Shown: positions 15,875 to 28,937 of the stretch, piece after piece
Numbering within the stretch: the first letter of the stretch is position 1
How the letters are laid out: the number at the start of each line of letters is the position of its first letter
From: Nageia nagi
Taxonomy: Eukaryota; Plantae; Pinophyta
Direction: 5' to 3'
DNA: 64,000 nucleotides
Assembly (NCBI GenBank): GCA_050084985.1
Contig: JBITNC010000002.1
Coordinates: 14,942,001-15,006,000 of the forward strand
The notes under the pieces: generated by a model
Seen by the model: the letters and a program-made list of their open reading frames with translations, nothing else
What the model was told of the DNA's origin: nothing
Databases searched by the model: none
Program-made: the position numbers and the translations under genes

Positions 15875-17849
15875 AAAGGTTGAGAAACTTTTCAATCTTG
15901 GTGTTTGCAAGATCAATGCGGTAAAAACTAGTCAATTTCAAGTGCCTTGCTTCAATATGAGCGTTATATTAGCTGACATACAGACTGCATACTTTTTCCT
16001 AGTTTCATAAGTTGTCAAGAAACCTTACATTGCAATAATGAACTGCTAGAAATTAGGACTGTGCTCTGATAATGTATGGTTCTAGAGAATATAATTTTGA
16101 GTAAATAAGGTATATTGTTTGATATTTTGCATAGATCTTTGTGCATCTTTCCATAAATATCTTTCTAAATATTTCTTCAAGGTGCTCTTCCAAGTGCAGT
16201 TGATAAAAAAATATGTATTAGAGAGGAATTCCAAAAGCATTTCTCACTACTGAATTTTCAAGCAATTGGAAATACAAAACTAACATGTTAAATTCAAAAG
16301 TATTAGATAAATAAATAAATAAAACATTTTAGGTAGGGAAATGTTACATATGTTAAACTTTGTGATATACAAAATGTAGAAAGAAGAAAACATAGAAAGG
16401 TTTGAAGTATAAGGATATCATGGCAGGCAAAAATAAAAGTTACTTTGGCCTATTGTGGCAGGCCATAGTATCAAAATGTAAATATATTGGAGCTTTAGGT
16501 TAATCAAATTCAAATATGTATCATTTGAGTATAAATTCTCTATCACAATCAATTAGATCCCAATGATCACCATTTATGCAAGTTACAAGGATAAATTTTC
16601 AATGAAAAATTCTATCATGGATGAAAATTACAACATTGGGCATTTAATGAGAAAACAATTCATATTCTTAAAATTTCCTAGGTTTGTGAAAATTTATTTG
16701 AAAACAACATGTAAGAAAACCATCCTTGTATCTTTTGGTATGGTTTTTAATGAAAAGAATAATAATGCTGAGCATTGTAAGAAAGGAAAGGTTGAGTCAA
16801 ACTTGATAGGGATCTAAAATTATATTAGGAACTATTCATATTCCAATAAGTATTTAAAAATTCTTATTCAAGTCAAACTTGGAAAAGTAGGTAGACATAG
16901 TTGTTCAAACCCATGGTCTCTAAGTTTGTTGAGAATTTATTATAATTGGTTTTGATAATATCCTCCTCTAAGTCTATTTAAAGGCATACACATATCAATA
17001 GAAAAATAATCTCAATCTTGGATTCCAATTCTATATCAAAATGGATATGGATCATTTCGTAAATTGCAAAGAAATTAGGATCATGTGTTTGTTGTCTCTT
17101 GTCTAGTAGGTTTAATGCATAAAAATCTAGTGTCCATGTTGACTTCTTTGTAGAAAATCTTGTGCCCCAACAACCATTTATAACTTGGTGGTTATTAATT
17201 TATATGTACCACATGTTTTATATGTATGGTAAAAAGAGTTCATACAATAGATAATTCACGATGAACTTATTTTTTGATTTTTTTTTGTCATTTGATTTTG
17301 CATACATAGATCTTTTGGTTTAAGATGACTATATATATATATTGGTATTATGCTAAATTTTTAGAAAACTATGAAAGGGTTGTGAGCATAGGATTAAAGA
17401 GGATAAATTTACATTTTCTTTTCTAAATGTAAAATATAAAATAATAATGAATAATAATTTGATATTAATGTCTTCATGTGATAAAAAATACTCAATACAA
17501 TTCTAGAAAAATACATATAATATGGACAAAATGAAGTATAATATAGTGATGATAATTTCAATCCCACATTATTAATTATCAATGCACAATAAACCCAAAT
17601 TTAAGCTAGACTTATGTCGTATATGCCCATTCACAATGAAGATAAAGAAAAGTTAAAAAAAAAATTGAAAATAAAATCTACTCTATTTTCAACTACCAAT
17701 TTATAGATCCTTCCTCTTTATGTTGACAAGTGGTTCCTACTTTGTTGCATATAAATTTGAAATTTGATATTAATATCCATGGGTGATAAAAAATGGTCAA
17801 TGGGAATGTAAAAAGATACATATAATAAGAGCAAAGACAGGCCTAGGGC

Positions 17850-19200
17850 AACTCCTATGTGTAAGAGTGAAGTAAATTAAAAAGAGTCAAAATACAACAA
17901 TTTTGAATGAGGTATGAAGCTTAGATATCTCATTCAAGGGGCTCCATTAGCATTTGAAGTTGGGAAGAAGCTACTGATGTTACAACTAAAGGAATTAACC
18001 CTAGTGGATTTGGTAGTAATACTTCAAAGGGTAATCATTCCAGAGTCTTCATTGTTCATATGATGCTTTTGATTCATATCTTATTGTAGTTAAAAGTACG
18101 ATGTGATAAGTCTAGAACTTGGTGTGTTGCAGTATCTATTGGTGAATACTTTTTGTCTAAGCTAGGTGCCTTCTCGAATATAAAGTGCAACACATTTTTG
18201 GTCTTCATAGTTTATCCATGATTTTAAATTGTGGGTACCTCATAAGTAATGGAATGAGCCTCAAATTTCATAATAGATGGGATAAATGAATATGAAATGC
18301 TCTTCATTCTTTGGTTCCATGCTATACAATTTGCATATGCATCGATCTCTTGGGATATGGTGGTCTATCTTGACATAAAGATGGTGTGAGAAAACCTTTA
18401 TCTGACAAAGGGGGAAATGGAGACCATGATATATGTGTAGCTTGATATAATCAAGGATGACAATAACACCATTCTCTAGTCTCATGTAAACCTAAATATA
18501 ATGTAATAGCTTTAGTGAAAGTGGTTTTTTCAGTTCAATCCATGTTATTTTTAGGTAACCCAAGTAGATTTGCTTCTTGATATTTTTGTTGATATCTTTG
18601 GTAGAAAGATTATAGATCATATTTAGGAGTTGAAAGGGAAGTAATTGCTTGATATTTAGGCCTATGGATCATAAGAGAGAGGTATCTTTTGAGTACCAAC
18701 ACTAAGGAATACCTTTACTTACAAGTTGAATTAAATATTTGAGTGCTAAGAGAGGGTATCTCTTCAAGTTAGGTTTTGTTGAAGTTATGTGTTAGATGTT
18801 ATTTAGAAGCTTTATAACATAGAATACTACAAGATCTAACATAGGGTATGCATTAATTTCAACTATAATGATGTAGTGATGGATAGTTCTTTTGGTCCAA
18901 ATGGATATGAACAACATATTGACCAAAACCCTCTCAATTTACGCCCATCCAAAGTATCTCATGTTAAGACCCCAAACTTCATATCCATAGAGCAAGGTTG
19001 AAGAGACAAGATAATGAAAGAGTTTTCTAAAAAAGGCTCTAATATATTGATCCAGAGAAAAAGTTTTGTTGGGAATTTGAGCCGAAGGTTTCCATGATGA
19101 AGACTGTATCCATCTATGCTTTGAAGAATCCAATAGTTTTTTAGTAAGAGGGGGGAATCCTTATGTTGGGGAAGACCATTATCAATTTTCATTTGCTTCT
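17850..19200 (-). mobile_element. Decayed non-LTR retrotransposon 3' part, RTE-X-like
   Basis: LFHYLVSSTLLYGYEVWG (RT C-terminal) and SHHLYVKI..HIPRDRCICKLY..EPKNEEHFIFIYPIYYEI (degenerate C-terminal zinc knuckle); many stops. Left boundary approximate. Confidence 0.7.
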
Positions 19201-19201
19201 A

Positions 19202-20755
19202 TGATGCAAAATCCTTAAAGTTGGTGACATGCAAAATTGGAGCTATAGTGAATTAGCAAGTCAACGACTTGACAAGTTAGCGACTTAGTGGGTTAACAAC
19301 TTGGCGAGTTAGCAGCTTAGCAAGTTATTAACTTAGTGAGCTAGAAATGAGAACTAGAACTCGACTAATTACGTTAACACTTGATGAGGTACAATCACCC
19401 AAATAATCACCTAAGTAACTGACTACACTGATGACCACCTAATATCATCCACTTGGTAGTTGGAAACCCATATGGGGAACTAGAAGAAGATGATATGGTG
19501 GAAAAGAGTGAGAACCATTAGTGGGAAATTGAAGTGACCCAACTGATAATTCAACTACTAGAACGAGATGTGGGTAGTTAGAACGACCTTGAAGGTGGTT
19601 AAAATAAAATTGGAGATGTATTATCGAGGGGGGTTAAAAAAATTAGAAAAAGATTGTATTGTTCTAGAGGCTAGGAGAGTGGATCTGGTTGTGTAGGAAA
19701 AGATACAGGCTAGGGAGTGTAAAATAAAAAGTACCTTTTTATTTTAATATATTTATCTATGCAATAATAAGATCTAAATGCTCTTGTATCTAGCTATATA
19801 TCTATGTTCTCTTCATTTTGTATGATTGTAGTATAGCATACTATTTTTATATGGATGTATATAAATCAGTAATTGCATTTATACATGGGGAATATAGATT
19901 AGATATAAAATAAGTTTGTAAAATATGTATTTGAAGATCCAAGAAGGATATAAGCATATGGTGATTATAGATCATATGGTATCAGAGCCTATATGAGATT
20001 GTTATTGCATATTTGTTGATTTTGTTGTAGAGTTATGATTTTGTGTGCCTATGACTAGATCTACAAAGAGTGAAGAGTATTTTTCTGAATTTGACCTTGA
20101 TATTGGATCCAAAATTTGGTTGAGGACGTACAGAGAAATGGCCATGGAGAATGATGAGTTGAGGAGGAAGATTTAAGGTTTAGAAGCATTTCTTAAAGAC
20201 TTCGTGATAGAAATTACAAATTTCAAGAACAAAAGTGTGAGAAGGGAATCAAATAATGGAGAATGTTCACATCAGAATGAGAAGAAGTTACCTATGAAGT
20301 TGAAAGTGAAATTTGATCTTAAATCCTTTGGAGGAGAGATTGATGGTCAAAAGTTGAACCAATGGTTTAACTAACTAAAGGTATTTTTTAAAGTACAAAA
20401 GGTTGAAAGTGATAAGAAAAAGATTGAGATTGCTACACTCAAACTTGAAGGACATGCTTTGGTTTGATGTGAAGCATAATGTGATGCTATAAAAAATTGA
20501 TGAAGAATTCCCTATTATAAGTTGAAAAAAATTCAAAGAATTGTTACAAGACCAATTTTATCCTCTTTGCCACCAGCAAAACAAGATAATATAATGGTTT
20601 CATTTTTGACAGGAGAAGGGGCAAAGTGTTTAGGAATTCAAGAAAAGGGCTACATTGATTGGGATTTATTTTAAAAGGTAAGATATTATTCTCAAATATG
20701 TTGAAGATTTACATAGTTACCTTAAAAATAAATTAATTCTTTTTAATAATACATT
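19202..20755 (+). mobile_element. 5' part of a Ty3/gypsy element: 5' LTR (~19202-19974), PBS (19977-19989), decayed gag (20138-20755)
   Basis: TGAT...ATCA termini (left end inferred from the LINE breakpoint); TGGTATCAGAGCC tRNA-iMet PBS 2 nt after the LTR; gag KFDLKSFGGEIDGQKLNQW...IATLKLEGHALV...DQFYPL...QEKGQSV with stops; ends abruptly. Confidence 0.8.
19260..19343. repeat. 16-bp minisatellite (~5 copies) in the Gypsy LTR U3
   Basis: gtcaacgacttgacaa / gttagcgacttagtgg / gttaacaacttggcga / gttagcagcttagcaa / gttattaacttagtga. Confidence 0.8.
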
Positions 20756-20759
20756 AATT

Positions 20760-23700
20760 CCTTCCTTTGAAGTTCTTTACATTTCTATTACCTTTGAACT
20801 TTTCCTTTCTTTTCTTTTTATAGCAATCAACTTCTTTGTGACCTTAGATGCCATAATAGTTACAATTACCATCAAAATTTTTCTTATGATAGGAATGTTT
20901 GCTTTACCTTTTCCATCTCTCTGCTTGAAGTGATTTTTGCTACCGTTGTTCTTATTGTTGTTGTTGTTGATCATGTTGTTGTCGTTGTTACCATTATTCC
21001 TATTGCTGATGTAAGCATTGCCTCTTTTCTCAAATCTTTTGGAAGAAGAAGGATAAAATTTCTTTTGATGGTTGAACTTCTTATTGAAAGGAGTTTTGGT
21101 TGCTCCAAGAGCAACATTATTATCCTTAGGAGAAGAAATCAATACTTTATTGTTAAGGGTTTCTTCATGCTTCAAAAGATGCCTAAAAAGGTTCTCAAAG
21201 GAGAAGACTTCTTCATCATCAAGCTTTGTTTTCATATCGTCGCAAAGTTTTGAAACTTTGAAAAAAGGTTTTTAAGAATGATAAAGACTATGAACTCATC
21301 ATTGATCCAATTGCATCCGTAAGAAATAAGTTGGGTCCTTAGGTCAATGATTTTATTCATGTAAATGGAAATATTTTCATCTTTCCCTTGATGAGTTTGA
21401 AGCAACTTTTGGAGAATGGTAAACCTTTTTAAAAAGTTTAAACCAAAGTAGATTTGCTTAAGCTTATCCCAAGCTTCCTTTATCGAGGTTGAAGAGAAAA
21501 TCATCAAGAGCACATCATCTGAAATTGCATGGTAAATCTTGGAGGTTGCCAACTCATTCTTCATGTTGTAAGCCTCTAGCACATTCTCATCTATAGAAGG
21601 TACAAGGTTCTCATTCATTGTTTGCCAAAGCTTCCTTGCTTGTAATTCAGCTTTCATTTGAGGTTCCAAATGTGTTTGGATAAAAAAGAATCTCCCATTT
21701 GCTACATTAAATTATGAAATAAAAAGTATGTGGTTCAACATTATATGTTAAGTTTTAACCAAGTAAATAATACATGTTAATTTTAACATAAAATACATGC
21801 ATGATTTGATTCACTAGTGCAAATATTTTTCATTCAAATAATAACCTTTGTATCCAAATACATTTCTAATCTCAATAACCGTAGATGTAGAATGACATTG
21901 TTGAAGCTTATTTTCTTGTCTAAAATTAGGCCTTCACCTAGATGCCCACACAAGAGGAGCCCAAGTACTACCAATTCTCAATCAATTTGCCTTGGTTAAT
22001 ATTATGCTCTAATAAGGAGAAGTACCTACTATTTTTCAAGGTTATGACATTTATTAGATCGATCAAATTATTAATCTTGATTAGGTTTCAAGTTATCCTC
22101 TTAGGTTATTAGGATAATCCATAAATGGACTTGGGGACATGTGGTATCACTACACACATACCTATCCACCTAATAGAGTTATGTTCAGACCAAAAAAGGA
22201 CTTAGGGGCAATTGAAAAGTATGAACTTTTCACCATTTGGATCATTGAACTTAAAGGCTCTAGTCCACCTATCCTCATCTCATGGCTCTCCAAACAAATC
22301 ATGTTGCAGAATGTATGTGCGGATGTGTTCATTCTAGGGGGTTGCTCATTTCAATGTTTGCAATTTTTGTTTGCATAAGCAAAGAAATCAAAATGCAAAA
22401 CATGAAATAAAGAGCATAAGTAAAACATCATCCATTCAAAATTTGAAACCTAAGTGTACGATGGGTTTTGTTTACTAACCCTTAAAAGACATCTTTACAT
22501 CATTCTTATTTTTGCATAAGTCCAATCTTTTGCAAAAGGAAGTAAATTGCAATATTAAGTTTTTAAGTAATTAACAGACATCATTTTAACTTAAAAAATT
22601 AAGTACTAAGCATAAGTACTAATCTTAAGCATGCATTAACTTAACTTAAAAAAAATTTAAGCTCTAAGCAAACATGCGTCATTAACTTGCAATCTTAATT
22701 TTTTAAGTAATAAACATGCATCATTTTAACTTAAAAAATTAAGTACTAAGCATAAGTATTAATCTTAAATATGCATTAACTTAACTTAAAAAATTTAAGT
22801 TCTAAGCAAACATACATCATTAAATTGCAATCTTATGTTTTTAAGTAATAAAACATGCATCATTAACTTAATTAAGTATGCATTATCTTATTACTTTGCA
22901 TAAGAAATTTGTCAATTCTAACATGCAATCATTTCCTTAATTTACATAAAGGATTCTAAGTAATGAACATACATCATTACTTCATTTCCATAAACATTTC
23001 TAAAATATGCATTATTTCCATCTTTGCATAAGGATTTTATAAAAAAAATAAACACTTAAAAAATTAAGTAATAAACATACAACTTTATCATAAGGATCAT
23101 ATTTTTAAGTAAAAATATTCATAAACTTTTCCCCCTTTTTACTTAAAAATATGATCCTGAAGAAAGAAAATAGCATTAGTAAAGAGAATACCTCTTTTAC
23201 TATAAGCACTTTAGAAAGCACTATCACTATGTTAATTAAAGCTACTTTTTGCACAATTTATCTTATTTGTAATTTAAGACAAAAGACATTTGTGCAATTT
23301 AATCACTCCATCATTAAACCTATGAGAAATTTAATGAAGAGTACAAAAATTTGGTGGAGGAAATTATGTTCTAAAAAAAATTGCATTTGGCTATTAATGC
23401 AAAGTCAGACAAAGGAAAAGGTTGATTAACAAGCAACACAAAAAAGAACTTTCATTAAATTCCAAGTAATGATGTGCTCAAAGTTTCTTTGAGAACAACG
23501 AAAGGGGTCAATTCATTTAATGTTATGATGTGGTTACACAGAGAAAGGGGTCATAGAACTGATCGAGCTTCACCCGCAAAGAGGGGAATCGTTGGGAGCT
23601 TGAGAGGAGGTTTGGAGATGGCGAAGCTGCATGTAGGAAAGGGACAAACTTTGGCTTCATGTGAGGGATGCAAGCAGGTAAAAGATATGGTTGCAAGAAA

Positions 23701-25275
23701 TTTCATGTAATACACTCCGAATGCACATGAGGAGATAGGTTGTGCATAGGAAGGAGTTTTTTTTAATTATGAGGAGGAGGCTGAAGAAAGGAGATAGGTG
23801 GCGTAGGCATAAGGAGCTAAGAAGCTTCAATAGATCCTTGCTTGGAGGATGAAGGTGTAGGCATAAGGTGGCAGAAAAAGGGCCATAAGGAGGAGCCCAG
23901 CAAACCCTTATCGTTCTACCTAGCCACACATAGGAGATGGCTGCATCCATTATGTCTTAGTTTACGCCTAGACCACATGTGAAGAGCCACGATAGAGGAG
24001 GCTAGCGGAGACTATGAAGAGGTTGGGGTTGGTGATGGTGAAGGAGTCAGGTCAAGGAGTCTTGCATCATGGCAAGAGGATTGAGGTAGGTTTAGAAACA
24101 GTGGCCCCCAAAACCACCCCCCAAAACTAGTATTACCCCCTCAAAATCGTTGGTTCAAAAAACTTGTAAAAAAATTGAGAAGTAATAATAAACAAGCGAT
24201 AGATTTAAAAAAAATTGAAAAAAAATTGAGGATAAAATGAAAGTTTTATACAATAAGCCCCTTTTTTATTATTACAAAAAGACTTCATTTTTTTTGAAAC
24301 ATGGATAGATTTTAAAGAAAATCTTAGTAATGATTTTACCTGTTCTTTAAAATTATAGTAAATGTGGTTACCTACCTTTGTGTAAAAACACTGTAGAATA
24401 TAACTATAATAAATTTTTAGTTAAGGTAGGCACAAAAAAATTATAACAATATATAAAGCAATTTTGTAATAAAAAATTGCAACTGACATAAAAAAGTTAG
24501 AATGAACCAAAATTGCATTATATTGCTATATATATAACAAGTTGCAAAGGTTGAACTAGCATATATGTTAGAACAATTGCATAGCAATATAATGATTCAC
24601 AAATTTTCAATGAGAAATTGCAACACACAAATGGAGGTATTAAAGTAAATAGGAGGTTATACCTTGTAAGAGTTTTACCTCACCAATGAAGATTAGGAGG
24701 AAGTATGAAGACCTCTAAGTTGTAGAAGAAGAGTTTCACCATAAAGGATGTGAAGAGGAGCTTCTAAGGAGCTCTGATACCAAATGAAGGGATTGAACTA
24801 TAACAAAAGCAATCCTAAACTCCCAATATCACATGAAAGTTGATAATTACATCTAACAAACTCACAAAGCAATCACACAACATGAGATGTAAGTGGTTCC
24901 TCCATCTAGGAGTACATCCATTAACTAGATCTTTACTTCAATCACAAATACAACTCTCTTACAATCCTTCTAATCTTATATTCTACACTTCTATCCTATA
25001 GCATAACTTTACTCCACAAATTGGTGTGTAATCAAAAAGAGGGAGCCTTCTATTTATAGGCCAAAATCCTTCTTTGGATCACTCTTTTATCTAATGTACA
25101 AAAGCATGACATGCACATCCTTTTACCCAAGGGGCATGCTCATGACATGGAGTGTAGGACAAGTAACATTATCATATTCACTTAAATACTTAAGGTATTA
25201 AATGATACCCTTAAGTATTAGTGAACTTACATTGAAGATTATAACCTTTACAATAATGCATTATACATTCCAACA
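20760..25275 (-). mobile_element. 5' part of a Ty1/copia element: 5' LTR 25275-24785, PBS 24782-24771, ~3.1-kb leader, frameshifted gag 21669-20777
   Basis: Minus strand reads TGTTGGAATG...CCCTTCA-TT-TGGTATCAGAGC; gag MKAELQARKLW...STSIKEAWDKLKQIY...ENISIYMNKIIDL (UBN2-type) plus a degenerate CCHC near 20830-20870; no pol. Confidence 0.88.
22540..23100. repeat. AT-rich degenerate tandem repeats in the Copia leader
   Basis: Recurrent aagtaataaacatgcatcatt(tt)aactta and aagtactaagcataagta motifs with a ~150-bp higher-order duplication. Confidence 0.75.
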
Positions 25276-25289
25276 GTTTCAAAGGACTT

Positions 25290-25950
25290 GGTACCGAAGT
25301 TGGAGGAGAAAGGTTAAGACATTATCGTAAGATGCCCATACTCTTTTCGTATCTTATAATAAAATAGAAATTTCTCATAGTTGACTGGTTGAGCCCATTT
25401 GAAGTTATCACCTTGTATTTCTCCCTTCATATATAGAGGATTCTCTAGGTCTATGTGTACATAGATCTTAGAATAAGAGATATCCATAAACCCTTATGTA
25501 TTGTATGATGTCCCCACAAAGTCACCAAGGGAGTTATTGGTGGCCTCCAATATTATACAATCTAACCCAAACTAGAGAAGAGGAGGGTAGTTCTTCAGTG
25601 GGTTTAATTTTTATATGCTAAAGATTCATAAATAAGTAAATCTTTCCTAAGAAAAAAATAACCCTTGGAAAACTAGATCTTTATCCACATTAGACTCAAA
25701 ATAAGCAAGGAAATAACCATAAGAGTACATGCTAAAGCTTATCCCTTTTTTATTACACTAGTTCTAGGTCATCTAGTATTGGATTGTAGGTAGCTAGGGG
25801 TAAATGCCCAGGAAGCTAAAAATTAGTGCTTTTGATTCTAGATCCAACATTTCATTATTGATGTCTTAACTATTTATCCTAATTATGGTTGCTTCTTTTT
25901 AGAGTAGATAACAATATTCATTATTCTTATGATCTAAATTCAAGGTGCAA
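25290..25950 (-). mobile_element. L1-type LINE ORF1 relic (DUF4283 plus zinc-knuckle region)
   Basis: Minus-strand fragments SLVWVRL..., NSLGDFVG, ISYSKIYVHIDLENPL, KWAQPVNYEKF...KEYGHL. Confidence 0.65.
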
Positions 25951-27489
25951 AAAGATCATTATTAATCATTTGAGATTGAACCACAAGAAGGGATGAGAAA
26001 TCATTTCTTTAATTCATCTTTATATGAAGTCTTTAGTGGGCAAAGTAGACCCACTCCCCTAGTGTGTTGGATGTCATTGACAAAATCAAGTTACAATTAT
26101 AAACCCCAATAAGCTAGTTCTTCCTCTAATAAAGTATGTAATTAGTTACATATATTATGATTTTATTGATTGATTACTTTATCATAAAACTCTTGGTTTT
26201 GGATGAAGAAATTGGATGAGAAGTTAAAGTTTTACTTAAAAAGCTTTTTTTGTCGAAGGATTATCAAGATTATGGGATTTATTTTATTGAATTTGATTAT
26301 TTATTTTCAAATACTTAGGGTTTCAAGATATATGAAAATTCAAAACCTAAAGTTTTATAAAAATATTCTTAAAAATTGAAATAATATTGAACTCTCTAAA
26401 ATATATGATGGTAATTGGTTGTAAATTTAAGCTTATATTAATTAAAGCCACACTATTTTACTATGAAATCAATATATTTATAGATATAATAAATGAAATG
26501 ATATGATATGAATAATAATAATAAATGTGTAATTAAATAAATCCAATAATGTATACAAACATATATAGTTGTAATGATTTTGTTAATACATTTTAGAATT
26601 TTATACTATATCAAGACTCTAAAATATGAGAATTATGAAATGTAGTATTATATTTTAGAAACTATTGCACTATATTAAGACTCTAAAATATGATAACTTT
26701 GAAATGTAGTATCATATTGTAGAAAATATTGCATTATATCAAACCTTCAAATTATAATCCCTCAAAAAAATATTTGATTATGGTCATTTGACTTGATTTT
26801 TTGGCACTTTTGATATGCTCCTAAATAAATATTAAGAAAACTAAATGTTAAAGGTCTTAAGGATTATATTTGATCGTGTTGGGATACTATGTTCATGTTG
26901 GGCCTCTCTTATATCAAGATCAACATTTTTTTTGAACAACTTGGGATTCATAGTTATGGTAAAAAAATTAAATCATTACATTTATATATATAATCAAAAA
27001 CTTTTGGAGAAGAAGGAGTTTTAAGATTGTTTATATGTGAGCTATGTAAGGAAAATCTAAAAACTGCCTAAAATCTATTCTTTCTTTGCCCATTTTTAAA
27101 TAAAATGTCAATCAAGCTCATTATTATCATTAGGGATGCAATCTTGTCCCCTCCTCAATTATAGAAGCTCACAATATATGGACACTAGTACTACTATAAA
27201 ATAAGTTCTCTAAAACATTGGGATTTATTGACTGTTTTATTATTACTTATAATATTTGGTTAAAAAGAAATCCCAAGATCAATGATATAATTTTTAGGTT
27301 GAAGCACGTATTGAGGAAGATATGTAATAATATAAAAGAAATTATTTTGCATACCTTAAAACCCTCACCTCAAAACTCAAATAGAATATTTATGTTATCT
27401 CCTTTCTATTCTAGTAGAGAAGTGGTAACTAAGAAGGCATCAACATAAGAGGGATGCATATCAAGTAATAGGCCAGTCAAACATCTTAT

Positions 27490-27900
27490 CCCCTCCCCTA
27501 GATGAATTTTAAAAATTTATCAAGGATGGGGATTTTAGGGAGCTAGTATAGGTGGAATTAGGTAGATTTGAGTGGATCCTCATCTCACTCTCTCTTTGAT
27601 TTTTAGTTGGACATATATTTCAATAACTAAGTCGAGGCATAAGCATTGCTGAAGTGCCTCTAAGAAGGGAGAAAAAATGGATTGACTAGAATAATAATGG
27701 AATCAAATTTGAAAATTTTAATATAATAGTTGTAAGATTTTCTTCATCATGATTAGAAGTTGAAGAGGACCCTTGATAAGATTATCCATTATTTAAGTGA
27801 ACATGAGAGTTTTTCATTCTTTCATGTACCTGGGAAAAATAACAAAATAGTTAATCACTTGTCTAATCATGTGCTAGAAAATGATGATTTGATATCCTAT
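27490..27900 (+). mobile_element. RNase H-like (RVT_3) relic from a LINE 3' end
   Basis: Decayed ASIGG...FNN*VEA*ALLKCL...LTRIIMESNLKILI...FFHVPGKNNKIVNHLSN. Confidence 0.6.
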
Positions 27901-28937
27901 GAAGACCCCCTTATATGGTAGAACTGTCAAATTCAAGACGATCCTACCTTTATCTTATCTCATATACAAATTAATAGAAATTAACTCATCGTAAGTAGAC
28001 CAATCTATTAGGATAACTAATGTCATATTGATTAGGGGTGTTGTGGTGATTTTTCTTTAACTAATTTTTTATTTATCAACCATGACATCAGCTAGTTGGT
28101 AGTAATAGTTGTTAGTACTTATTGTTAAGTTATTAGCTTTAGTGACCTCTAGTTTAGTTATTGTAATAGTCTATCAAAATAAATATACACAAACTATACT
28201 TAGAAGATATTTCAATTTTGTGTTTGATAAAGTCAACTTTGTTTTACTTCCTCTACAGATAGAATTGATCTAATCATCAATATATTTATATTATATATTA
28301 AATATTATCAAAATATAACTTACAAAAACCTTTGCATTTTTACCTCAGGTAAAATGATTAATAGAAAACTTATATTTTAAACAAAAATGAATCCAATATA
28401 ACTAATTAAAAAAATTCAAGCCATTATATTAATTAAACTAATCTCCATTATTGAATAGTATATATCTCTACTTAAGAAATTGGATAACAATTCATTTTTT
28501 TTATTTAAATGGATTCCACATATTGAACCCAAAACATCATCTTTTAAATTCACATGCAAATCAATTCAAAACATTTGAGCAAATTCTCCATTATTTTAAC
28601 TATGCATAATTAAAATTCTTCCCTTTGTGAATCCACTGAAAGGAAGTTTTAAAGAATACATAGGTTAAAACTCCAATGACAAGGACCCATGTTCAAATCT
28701 CGTAATCCCTTGAATTGGAAAAACATAAAATCTGCGAAAAAACTATGATGTAATAAATTTAACAAAAAAAAAATCCTTACACTTTACGTCTCATATTAAA
28801 GATTAACTTTCCATATTTCTTATATTTTGTTGAAATAAAATGACTCCATTATATTGAAAAAAATCTTCCATTTGATAATATTACAAACCACAAAATACTT
28901 TATTCAATGTACACACCACACTTTCTTCCCTTCACGT

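Noticed and set aside
23474-23950. ORFs in the GC-richer block of the Copia leader
   Set aside because: No recognisable domain; low-complexity purine/pyrimidine-skewed sequence.
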